Shown here: positions 10,062-18,093 of the stretch, one piece after another
Numbering within the stretch: position 1 is the stretch's first letter
How the letters are laid out: the number at the start of each line of letters is the position of its first letter
Assembly (NCBI GenBank): GCA_026988685.1
Contig: JALSKU010000153.1
Location: 1 to 48,082, forward strand
DNA from: Campylobacterales bacterium
GTDB taxonomy: Bacteria; Campylobacterota; Campylobacteria; Campylobacterales; JALSKU01
Reading direction: 5' to 3'
Length of the DNA: 48,082 bases
Position numbers and translations under genes: made by a program
Notes under the pieces: generated by a model
Database searches by the model: none
The model's input: only the letters and a program-made list of their open reading frames with translations
What the model was told of the DNA's origin: nothing

Positions 10062-11411
10062 CTACATCCAATCTATAAGCTTTGAGACCTCTTTTACCTC
10101 ATAGCATTTGATACCCCTTATCTCCTCTATAGGTTTTTTAGGAACTATGGCTTTTGTAAAGCTTTGCATCTTAGCCTCTTTGAGTCTTAAGTCTAAGTTG
10201 AAAATATCTCTTATATTTCCTATGAGTGTTATCTCACCCAAAAAGATGGTATCTTTACTAAGTGGCCTGTTTCTAAAACTGCTCACAATAGCAGCCATGA
10301 TAGCTAAATCACAGGCAGTTTCATTTATCTTTATACCACCTGCAATATTTACAAAAACATCATAATTGTTAAATGGCAGCCCCAGTTTTTTCTCTAAAAG
10401 TGCCAATAACATATTGAGCCTGTTTAGCTCATATCCAGTAGCACTTCTTTTTGGATTTGGAAAATTACTTTCGCTGACTAATGCCTGAACTTCAAGTATA
10501 ATGGGTCTTGTTCCCTCCATTGCTACTGTTATGGCTGAACCTGCTTGAGAGTTTTCTCTGGAGAAAAACTTTTTGGATATATCATTTGCACTGATTAGTC
10601 CCCTTTGACTCATCTCAAATATACCTACTTCGCTTGTTGAACCAAATCTGTTTTTGATGCCTCTTAAGAGTCTTAACTCTTTTGAAGAGTCGCCTTCAAA
10701 ATATAAAACAGTATCGACCATATGTTCAAGTATCCTAGGACCTGCGATAGAGCCCTCTTTTGTTATATGTCCTATGATAAAGACTGCTACTGAATTTTCC
10801 TTACCCCACCTCATAAGTTCAAATGTTATCTCTCTAACTTGCGAAACACTTCCCGGAGCTGCCGTTAACTTTTCTGTGTATATTGTCTGAATAGAGTCGA
10901 TTATCAAGATATCATATCTGTTTTGATTTAATTCACTGAAGATATTTTCTAGTCTTATCTCTGTAAGTAGATAAATATCCGGATGGTTTACATCAAGTCT
11001 GTCGGCTCTTAGTTTTATTTGAGATTTGGACTCCTCTCCACTTACATACAGCACTCTTTTTTTCTCTTTTGCCAGATTACCGGCTATCTTTAAAAGAAGA
11101 GTTGATTTGCCAACTCCTGGACTTCCTCCGATAAGCACCAAACTCCCCGGAACTATACCGCCTCCAAGAACTAGATCTAACTCCTTAGAGCCTGAGGAGT
11201 ATCTTGTGACTTCATCTTTTTTTATCTCTGGAAGGGATTCGGCTTTTTCAAAAGAGGTGTTAACGGAAGAGGTTTGTTTTAGTATCTCTATCTGAGTCTT
11301 GTTTAGCTCAACTATCTGCTCCCAAGCTCCACAATTTGGACATCTTCCCATCCATTTTGATGTTTGATAACCGCAAGCCTGACACTCGAAAAGCTGTTTT
11401 GTTTTAGCCAT
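10062..11411 (-). CDS. radA: DNA repair protein RadA (Sms)
   Basis: N-terminal zinc ribbon (CQACGYQTSKWMGRCPNCGAW), Walker A (GGSPGVGKST), the KNRFG motif (IKNRFGSTSE) and a Lon-like C-terminal domain. Confidence 0.95.
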   Translation of the reverse strand: MAKTKQLFECQACGYQTSKWMGRCPNCGAWEQIVELNKTQIEILKQTSSVNTSFEKAESLPEIKKDEVTRYSSGSKELDLVLGGGIVPGSLVLIGGSPGVGKSTLLLKIAGNLAKEKKRVLYVSGEESKSQIKLRADRLDVNHPDIYLLTEIRLENIFSELNQNRYDILIIDSIQTIYTEKLTAAPGSVSQVREITFELMRWGKENSVAVFIIGHITKEGSIAGPRILEHMVDTVLYFEGDSSKELRLLRGIKNRFGSTSEVGIFEMSQRGLISANDISKKFFSRENSQAGSAITVAMEGTRPIILEVQALVSESNFPNPKRSATGYELNRLNMLLALLEKKLGLPFNNYDVFVNIAGGIKINETACDLAIMAAIVSSFRNRPLSKDTIFLGEITLIGNIRDIFNLDLRLKEAKMQSFTKAIVPKKPIEEIRGIKCYEVKEVSKLIDWM

Positions 11412-11497
11412 TGGTTACCCCTTTTAGAGGGGCAAAGTAGGATAGGTGCAAAGGGGTAAAGGTGTAGATGGTGGAGGATTGGGTGTTTTGGGTTATT

Positions 11498-12373
11498 TTA
11501 TGATTTGTAAAAAGCATCCAAAAGACCATCAACATACTCATTGGCATCAAATTTGACCAGATCATCCTCTTTTTCACCTACTCCTATATAGAGTATAGGA
11601 AGTTTTAGTTCGTTTGCTATGCTAAAAAGAGCTCCGCCTTTTGCAGTTCCGTCAAGTTTTGTAATGATGATAGCATCAACTCCTACTATCTCTTTAAAAG
11701 CATTTGCCTGAGCTATAGCTGAGTTTCCCTGTGTCCCATCAAGTATGAGTATCTTTCTATGAGGTGCTCCCTCTTTGGCTTTATCGCAAATCCTGACTAT
11801 CTTTTTTATCTCATTTGATAAGTTTGTCTGATTGTGCAGTCTTCCTGCCGTATCGATAAGTACACTGTCAAAACCTTTGGCAGTTGCAGATTTTATAGTG
11901 TCGTAAGCCACTGCTGAAGGGTCATGACCTTGTTTGGTAGCTACTATAGGTATATCAAGTTTTTCCGCCCATCTTTTTAGTTGCTCAACTGCCGCTGCTC
12001 TAAAGGTATCTGAAGCTCCAAGGATGACTTTTTTACCCTCTTTTTTATAAAAGTTGGCTAACTTTGCTATAGTTGTTGTTTTTCCGGCTCCGTTTACCCC
12101 AAGAACCAATTCAACTACCGGTTTATCTTCTATCTTTTTTGGTTTTGGGGTTTCCAAGAAAAAAGAGAGTAAAACTCTTTTTAAATCCTCCCTTTTTACT
12201 ATATCACCGGCCGGCAGATAAAAGAGTATTTTTTCAACACTATCGTAGTCAACATCAGCTTCAAGCAGTATATCTTCGATCTCATCTTTTGTAAGTTTTA
12301 GCTTCTTTTCCGGAGCTACGCCTTTTATAGCTTCAGCAGTTTTTTTTAGAGATTTCTTGATAAAGCCTATCAT
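11498..12373 (-). CDS. ftsY: Signal recognition particle receptor FtsY
   Basis: SRP-GTPase NG domain: GVNGAGKTTTIAKLA, DTAGRL, TKLDGTAKGG. Confidence 0.95.
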   Translation of the reverse strand: MIGFIKKSLKKTAEAIKGVAPEKKLKLTKDEIEDILLEADVDYDSVEKILFYLPAGDIVKREDLKRVLLSFFLETPKPKKIEDKPVVELVLGVNGAGKTTTIAKLANFYKKEGKKVILGASDTFRAAAVEQLKRWAEKLDIPIVATKQGHDPSAVAYDTIKSATAKGFDSVLIDTAGRLHNQTNLSNEIKKIVRICDKAKEGAPHRKILILDGTQGNSAIAQANAFKEIVGVDAIIITKLDGTAKGGALFSIANELKLPILYIGVGEKEDDLVKFDANEYVDGLLDAFYKS

Positions 12374-12960
12374 TTGCCTATAGCCTTTTTTATATCGCTC
12401 TCTATCATCTCTTCGGGAACAGCACCGAGATAGCTTGTCACTTTTTCTCCGTTTTTGTCATAGAGTATCATAAATGGTATTTTACTCACGCCACCTAACA
12501 TATTGGAAAATGTAAAATTGCTCCCCCCGTTTGTTATAGTGTAGTTTATATGGTTAAACTTTATAAAATTTTTTATCTCGATATCCGGTTTGTCATCTTC
12601 AAGAAGTATGGAGATGATTTTTAGATCTTTTTTGTATCTGTTTTGGAGGTTGGTTAAATGTGGTATCTCTGCTTTGCAGGGTGGACACCAGGTAGCAAAA
12701 AAGTCAAGCAAGATCGCTTTATCGTTATCTTTTAATTTTATATCGCTACCTTTTTTTATGAAGGTTACTTTTTCGCCGTTAACGCCATGGAGTGTTATCT
12801 CTTCAGTCATAACGGAATTTTCTGCTTTTGACAACTTCTCTTTTGCTTTTGTTTGTATGGTGTTACCGCTCTTTTTTACAGGATTCTCTTTTTTAGCTTT
12901 TTCACAGCCTCCAAATATTAAAATAGTAGCCAAAAGTGTGAAATAGAAAAATTGTTTCAT
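12370..12960 (-). CDS. TlpA/ResA-like thiol:disulfide oxidoreductase lipoprotein (thioredoxin fold)
   Basis: Lipobox (LIFGGC) and the thioredoxin active site FFATWCPPCKAEIP. Confidence 0.75.
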   Translation of the reverse strand: MKQFFYFTLLATILIFGGCEKAKKENPVKKSGNTIQTKAKEKLSKAENSVMTEEITLHGVNGEKVTFIKKGSDIKLKDNDKAILLDFFATWCPPCKAEIPHLTNLQNRYKKDLKIISILLEDDKPDIEIKNFIKFNHINYTITNGGSNFTFSNMLGGVSKIPFMILYDKNGEKVTSYLGAVPEEMIESDIKKAIGK

Positions 12961-13035
12961 AAAAAGACCTTGATTGAAAAAATTTAATCAGTATTATAGC
13001 GAGTTATTATAAAATTTACCAAAGGTTGTAAAGTT

Positions 13036-13689
13036 ATGTTTCTTGATAAAAAAAGTTTTAGAAAAGTCTGCAAAAAAAGGCTTGAAAATAGCTCAAAAAG
13101 AGCAAAGCTGTATAAAGATAAGCTGATACAGAAAAAATTGCTAAAAATCATAAAAAGTTATAAATCTAAAAAAATACTTCTTTATATACCTTTTGGTTTT
13201 GAGGCAGATATAAGGCCTATTGTAAACATTATGAGAAAAAAATGTACTGTTTTTGTCCCATTTATGGAGAGTGTCAGTTTTAAAATTGTAAAATATAGAT
13301 TGCCATTAAGAGAAAAAAGATTTTCTATAAAAGAGCCTCTTAACTCATCTTTAAAGATAGATGAAGTTGATATGGCTGTAGTTCCTGTGCTGGGAGTCGG
13401 CAGGGATTACAAAAGGGTGGGTTTTGGCAAAGGAATGTATGATAGATTTTTTGCAAATCTAAAAAAAAGACCCACTACGATATTTGTTCAGATTGAAAAG
13501 TGTTTTAATAAAAAAGCTACAACCGATAAGTTTGACATCCAATCTGATTTTTATGTAACTCCCAAAAAAATTTATATAACAAGGGGAAAGAGAGATGTTC
13601 GTAGAGATTTCAATAGCCGCAGCAGGCTTGATAGTGGGAGGAGTTTTAGGCGCAATCATCCAAAAAAAGCTGGAGTCGTCAAAATTTGA
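13036..13689 (+). CDS. 5-formyltetrahydrofolate cyclo-ligase
   Basis: Family motifs are PVLGVGRDYKRVGFGKGMYDRFF, plus an early LLYIPFGFE. The last roughly 31 codons overlap the start of rny in another frame (see findings). Confidence 0.7.
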   Translation: MFLDKKSFRKVCKKRLENSSKRAKLYKDKLIQKKLLKIIKSYKSKKILLYIPFGFEADIRPIVNIMRKKCTVFVPFMESVSFKIVKYRLPLREKRFSIKEPLNSSLKIDEVDMAVVPVLGVGRDYKRVGFGKGMYDRFFANLKKRPTTIFVQIEKCFNKKATTDKFDIQSDFYVTPKKIYITRGKRDVRRDFNSRSRLDSGRSFRRNHPKKAGVVKI

Positions 13690-15163
13690 AGTTTATGAAG
13701 CGGGTGCAAGAGCTAAAGCAAAAGCAATAGAGCATGAGGCTGAACTTGTTTTAAGAAATGCCAAGTTAAAAGCAAAAGATCTCGAAATAGAGGCAAAAAA
13801 AGAGTATGAAGAGAGATCTAACGAGCTTAAAAAAGAGTATGAGCAAAAGCTTGCCCAACTGGAGAAAAAAGATGAAGCTTTAAATGATCTTTTTAAAGAT
13901 GAACTTAAAAACATAACAAAAGAGAAAGATGAGATAAAGGCGTTAAAAAAAGATATAGAGCAAAGAGCAAATGAAGTTGAGGAGCTTAAAAAAGAGTATA
14001 AAGTTAAACTTGATGATGCTTTGAAAGTCCTTGAGAGATCAGCCGGACTGACTGAAAAAGAGGCAAGGGAGATAGTTCTTAAAAAAGTTGAAGAAAATTC
14101 AAGAGCCGAGATAGCTCATATCGTAAGAAAGTATGAAGAGCAGGCAAAACAGGAGGCTAAGAAAAAGGCTAACTTTATACTTGCTCAAGCTACTACAAGG
14201 TATGCAGGAGACTACGCGGCGGAGAGACTTATAAATGTTGTAAATATACCAAATGATGACCTAAAAGGAAGGATCATAGGAAAAGAGGGAAGAAATATAA
14301 AAACTCTTGAGATGCTTCTAGGGGTAGATGTTATCATAGATGATACTCCAAATGCTATCATACTTAGTAGCTTTAATCTCTACAGGAGGGCAATTGCCGC
14401 AAAGGTTATAGAGCTTTTGGTAGAAGATGGACGAATACAACCGGCAAGGATAGAGGATATTTATGAAAAAGTAAAAGCTGAGTTTGAGCAAAGTCTTCTT
14501 GAAGAGGGTCAGGATATAGTTATAGATATGGGGCTTACTAAAATTCATCCTGAGATAGTAAAACTTATAGGAAGACTAAAATTTAGAGCAAGTTATGGAC
14601 AAAATGCACTCGGCCACTCTTTGGAAGTAGCACACCTTGCAGGTATCATAGCAGCTGAACTTGGCGGGGATGAACAGCTTGCAAAAAGGGCCGGACTACT
14701 TCATGATATAGGCAAGGCTTTGACTCACGACTTTGCAGGAAGCCATGTGGACTTGGGAGCAGATCTTTGCAAAAGATACAAAGAGCATCCGGTTGTTATC
14801 AACGCCATATATGCTCACCACGGACATGAAGAGCCTACAAGTGTTGAGGCTGCTGCAGTATGTGCTGCCGATACGCTGAGTGCCGCTAGACCGGGAGCTA
14901 GGAGAGAGGTATTGGAAGCCTTTTTAAAAAGAGTTCAAGATATAGAAGCTATAGCAACATCAAAAGAGGGTATAAAACAGGCTTATGCTATAAATGCAGG
15001 AAGAGAAGTAAGAGTTATAGCAAATGCAAAACTTGTAAATGATGATGAGGCTGTTCTTATCTCAAAAGAGATAGCAAAAGAGATAGAGGAGAAAGTTCAA
15101 TATCCCGGAGAGATAAAAGTAAATGTTATAAGAGAGCTTAGAGCTGTAGGATACGCGAGGTAG
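13595..15163 (+). CDS. rny: Ribonuclease Y
   Basis: N-terminal TM anchor (VEISIAAAGLIVGGVLGAII), a long coiled coil, a KH domain (GRIIGKEGRNIKTLE) and an HD domain (LLHDIGKA...HH). Confidence 0.95.
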   Translation: MFVEISIAAAGLIVGGVLGAIIQKKLESSKFEVYEAGARAKAKAIEHEAELVLRNAKLKAKDLEIEAKKEYEERSNELKKEYEQKLAQLEKKDEALNDLFKDELKNITKEKDEIKALKKDIEQRANEVEELKKEYKVKLDDALKVLERSAGLTEKEAREIVLKKVEENSRAEIAHIVRKYEEQAKQEAKKKANFILAQATTRYAGDYAAERLINVVNIPNDDLKGRIIGKEGRNIKTLEMLLGVDVIIDDTPNAIILSSFNLYRRAIAAKVIELLVEDGRIQPARIEDIYEKVKAEFEQSLLEEGQDIVIDMGLTKIHPEIVKLIGRLKFRASYGQNALGHSLEVAHLAGIIAAELGGDEQLAKRAGLLHDIGKALTHDFAGSHVDLGADLCKRYKEHPVVINAIYAHHGHEEPTSVEAAAVCAADTLSAARPGARREVLEAFLKRVQDIEAIATSKEGIKQAYAINAGREVRVIANAKLVNDDEAVLISKEIAKEIEEKVQYPGEIKVNVIRELRAVGYAR

Positions 15164-15168
15164 ATTTT

Positions 15169-15906
15169 ATGGATAGTGAAGATAGTATCGAATTAGACAG
15201 CGAGGAGTATTCTCCTGTCTATTTCGAACTTTCTGAACTCTCTTTGAATTTCTTAGAGGATTTTTTTAAAAATGAGATAGAGGTATTGGTTTTCAATACA
15301 AACTTTCTTCAAAATAATGGCTTTCAATATCAAAAGGATATAGACTTTACCCAGTTGTATAGATTTTTAAAAGTAGAATATAATACAATCTACTCCATAG
15401 ATCCCAAAGTTACAGATGCATTAATCGAAAAATTTTACAGAGACATAGAGTATCTTTTTAGATTTTACACCAAATTTAAAGAAAAAAGATCAAATATAAA
15501 CTCCGTATACAGCAATTTTTTGAACAAGAATGGAGGAGTAGCCTCTATAGGACAGAAAATATTTAAAAAAGATTTGGATAACAAGGAGATAGAGGAACTT
15601 GATGATATACTTAAAAGCGAGTTTGAAAGTAGTTTTTTAAAGGAGTATGAAGAGATAAAAAGCGAATTAAAAAGAGTTATAAATACCAAAAGTTACTATT
15701 TTGATGCTCTTTTATGGAAAGAGGCAAGAAAGAGCAGAAGCATTAATGATTTTTTTAAACAGTTGGTCAGATTAAATATCAAAAGTAGCAGTGATCTTAA
15801 TATAAAGTTATTTATCGTTCAGTATTTAAACAGTGTTGATTTAAATCATGTTAAAAATCCAAAGTGGCATGATTACCTTCAAAAGGTTATAAAGGTGATC
15901 GACTAA
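15169..15906 (+). CDS. Hypothetical protein
   Basis: 245-aa ORF located 5 nt after rny and coupled to the next ORF through a TAATG overlap. I recognised no motif. Confidence 0.5.
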   Translation: MDSEDSIELDSEEYSPVYFELSELSLNFLEDFFKNEIEVLVFNTNFLQNNGFQYQKDIDFTQLYRFLKVEYNTIYSIDPKVTDALIEKFYRDIEYLFRFYTKFKEKRSNINSVYSNFLNKNGGVASIGQKIFKKDLDNKEIEELDDILKSEFESSFLKEYEEIKSELKRVINTKSYYFDALLWKEARKSRSINDFFKQLVRLNIKSSSDLNIKLFIVQYLNSVDLNHVKNPKWHDYLQKVIKVID

Positions 15907-16430
15907 TGATAGTTAAAAATACCATCTATACCGAAAATGAGATAGCTAGAATTTTAGAAGCTGGTGAAAGACGCAAACTTACTGCTTCCGAAAAGAAGCT
16001 TTTGGAGATATATGACAAGATATATCTTTTTGATGGTATTGGTGAAGAGGATATCATAAAGATTGTTAAAAATGTCTCTTTTAAAAAGGTAAAAAAGGGA
16101 GATGTTATTTTACAAGAAGGGGAGAAATCACCCGAGATATATTTTATACTAACCGGAAAAGTTGTAGTAGTTACAGAAAAAAATAAGATAGTAGCCACGA
16201 TAGGCTCCGGATATATGTTTGGAGAGATGACATTTGTAACAAAACACTCAAGAAGTGCAACCATACTTAGCTATGATGATAGAACCGTGCTTTTATCGTT
16301 TGAAATAGATGAAGACAAATGTAGTGAAGTATATGCTTTTCCTTTTGTTAAGTTATATCAAAATATCGCACTTGATTTAGCTCGAAAGATAGAAAAAACA
16401 AATAAAAAAATTAAAGCTGGAAATAGATAA
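15906..16430 (+). CDS. Cyclic-nucleotide-binding (cNMP/Crp-type) domain protein with no recognisable output domain
   Basis: 174 aa. The segment GDVILQEGEKSPEIYFILTGKVVVV...GYMFGEMTFV...RSATI matches the cNMP-binding beta-barrel and phosphate-binding cassette pattern (FGE...R[ST]A). There is no C-terminal HTH. Confidence 0.65.
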   Translation: MIVKNTIYTENEIARILEAGERRKLTASEKKLLEIYDKIYLFDGIGEEDIIKIVKNVSFKKVKKGDVILQEGEKSPEIYFILTGKVVVVTEKNKIVATIGSGYMFGEMTFVTKHSRSATILSYDDRTVLLSFEIDEDKCSEVYAFPFVKLYQNIALDLARKIEKTNKKIKAGNR

Positions 16431-16443
16431 CCTTAAAAGATAA

Positions 16444-16470
16444 GGCCCTGTAAAACCAACTGTGTAAATC
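16444..16470. repeat. IS256-family left terminal inverted repeat
   Basis: GGCCCTGTAAAACCAACTGTGTAAATC. It matches the reverse complement of 17861-17887 except for two 1-nt indels and one mismatch. Confidence 0.8.
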
Positions 16471-16529
16471 CAAAAAAACAACCAGTATGATAAAATATAA
16501 ACTGGATAAACTAAGCAAGGATTTACACA

Positions 16530-17825
16530 ATGAGTATTTTAAATAAAGAAGAGTTAAGAAGACAGATAAAAGAAGGTAAAGGTATCAATATTGAAGATAT
16601 CTTAGATGAATTTAAAGGTATGCTCCAAGAAGTATACCAAACTGCTAGTGAAGTAGAGCTTACAGACCACTTAGGCTATAACAAAAACAATAAATCAGAT
16701 AATCCAAACTACCGCAATAGATATAATAAAAAAGACTAAAATCAAAGTATGGTGAAATAGATGTAGCAATTCCAAGAGATAGAGACTCTACTTTTGAACC
16801 CAAGCTAATAAAAAAGAGACAAACTCTAATAGAGGGGGCAGAAGATTTAATTCTGTCACTATATACCAAAGGTATGAGTGTAAGAGATATATAGCATCAT
16901 CTTGATGATCTATACGGTTATGAACTCTCAGAACAAACAATATCGAATATAACAGAGGCTATAATAGACAAAGCCAAAGAGTGGCAGAATCGTCCTTTAG
17001 AAGCAATCTATCCAATTATATTTATGGATGCTACCGTTTTAAAAATAAGAGTAGATAGAGTAGTTAAAAATATAGCTGCATATATAATGCTAGGAATTAC
17101 TCTTGATGGTAAAAAAGAGATTATTGGTATTTGGATAGGAGAGAATGAGACAAGTAAATACTGGTTAACACTTCTTAACGAACTAAAAAATAGAGGTGTT
17201 GAGGATGTTCTAATATTTGCCATAGATGGTCTTAATGGCTTTAATCAAGCAATAGAAGCGGTTTATCCCAAAGCTGAGATACTTCTGCTTGCAGTGATGT
17301 GAGCGTAGCGAAACGAAAAAGATGTATAGTGCATCGTCTGAGCGAAGCGACAACCCCGCAACGAAGTGAGGACAAATAAGAAGTTCTTTGAGATATGTAT
17401 CATGGAAAGATAGAAAAGCAGTGGCAAATGACTTAAGATCGATATATACTGCACCAACTGAAGAAGATGGGCAGCTTGCCCTTAGAGAATTTAATGATAT
17501 TTGGGGTAAAAAATATCCTCATATTACTCAATCTTGGCAATCCAACTGGGGTGAACTTGCAACTTTTTATAAATACCCAGATGCTATAAAAAAGTTGATT
17601 TATACCACAAATCCAATAGAATCGTTAAATTCATCAATCAAAAGAAGAACTAAATCCAAAGGCTCATTCCCTACGGTTGATTCAGCTTTTAAAATGCTAT
17701 ATCTTGCTACACAGGAGGTTCAAAACAAATGGAAGGTTAACAGTTTAAGAAATTGGAGTGAAATTTACCCTCAGCTTTCTCACAGAGAGTGCAAGCACAA
17801 GGCATATTTTTTCAAGATATTATGA
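16530..17825 (+). pseudogene. IS256-family (mutator-type) transposase, disrupted
   Basis: The pieces read as one IS256-like protein: ...HLGYNKNNKSDNPNYRNRYNKK / RLKSKYGEIDVAIPRDRDSTFEPKLIKKRQ...GMSVRDI*HHLDDLYG...PIIFMDATVLKIRVD...IFAIDGLNGFNQAIEAVYPKAEI / KRCIVH / QIRSSLRYVSWKDRK...IYTTNPIESLNSSIKRRTK. There are four lesions:
- a frame change at the A-run 16728-16733;
- an in-frame TAG at 16892-16894;
- an insertion of about 35 nt at 17282-17316;
- a 38-nt insertion at 17336-17373. Confidence 0.8.
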
Positions 17826-17860
17826 TAAAATATGCAAAGTAGATTTAGAGGGTGTGAGGT

Positions 17861-17887
17861 GGTTTACACAGTTTGGTTTACAGGGCC
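17861..17887. repeat. IS256-family right terminal inverted repeat
   Basis: GGTTTACACAGTTTGGTTTACAGGGCC, the reverse-complement partner of 16444-16470. Confidence 0.8.
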
Positions 17888-18040
17888 GCTACTTTTTTTC
17901 TTATTCTTATTTTGTTTTTCATTATTTTCTATCTTTCTTTCGGGGGCTATATCGTTACTGTCGCAAACCGGGCAACAACACCAATCAGCACTTCCACTCT
18001 TCCATCTAAAACCACAATTTATACAAACCAAAATATACAC
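17864..18040 (-). CDS. Small zinc-ribbon protein (58 codons as it stands); its 3' end is fused to or truncated by the IS256 right inverted repeat
   Basis: This ORF is not in the supplied track because it is too short. An AGGAG lies 6 nt upstream of the GTG at 18040. The translation is VYILVCINCGFRWKSGSADWCCCPVCDSNDIAPERKIENNEKQNKNKKKSS, followed by GPVNQTV* encoded by the IS repeat. CxxC...CPVC is a zinc-ribbon signature. A perfect TATAAT (minus strand, 18071-18076) lies about 30 nt upstream. Confidence 0.45.
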   Translation of the reverse strand: MYILVCINCGFRWKSGSADWCCCPVCDSNDIAPERKIENNEKQNKNKKKSSGPVNQTV

Positions 18041-18070
18041 TATTAGCTCCTATTGATAAATTTAGTAGCA

Positions 18071-18093
18071 ATTATATGACTATTTTTTGTCAA
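18071..18093 (-). promoter_or_regulatory. Putative promoter for the zinc-ribbon mini-ORF
   Basis: The minus strand reads TTGACAAAAAATAGTCATATAAT: a perfect -10 TATAAT (18071-18076) abutting a TGAC-N8-GTCA palindrome. It overlaps the stop region of the upstream CARF-HEPN gene. Confidence 0.3.

Larger units (their letters stand above)
16444..17887 (+). mobile_element. IS256-family insertion sequence, decayed copy
   Basis: About 27-nt imperfect terminal inverted repeats (GGCCCTGTAAAACCAACTGTGTAAATC at 16444-16470; its partner at 17861-17887 reads GGCCCTGTAAACCAAACTGTGTAAACC in reverse complement) bracket a mutator/IS256-type transposase reading frame. An 11-bp perfect pairing between 16461-16471 (TGTGTAAATCC) and 16519-16529 (GGATTTACACA) abuts the ATG at 16530; this is a typical device for occluding the start region in read-through transcripts. 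I see no matching 8-9-bp target-site duplication (left flank AAAGATAA, right flank GCTACTTT). Confidence 0.85.

Noticed and set aside
16728-16739. The A6G run in the IS256 transposase as a programmed -1 ribosomal frameshift site
   Set aside because: IS256-family transposases are normally single ORFs. The zero-frame context (AAT AAA AAA GAC) is not a canonical A-AAA-AAG heptamer. The same gene also carries an in-frame TAG and two frame-breaking insertions, so simple decay is the more economical explanation.
17758-18056. Plus-strand ORFs 17758..18009 and 17832..18056 from the ORF track
   Set aside because: They run across the IS inverted repeat and the IS/chromosome junction, have low-complexity Phe/Leu/Ser-rich translations and have no RBS. 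The minus-strand zinc-ribbon ORF, which has AGGAG-N6-GTG and a TATAAT box, explains this DNA better.
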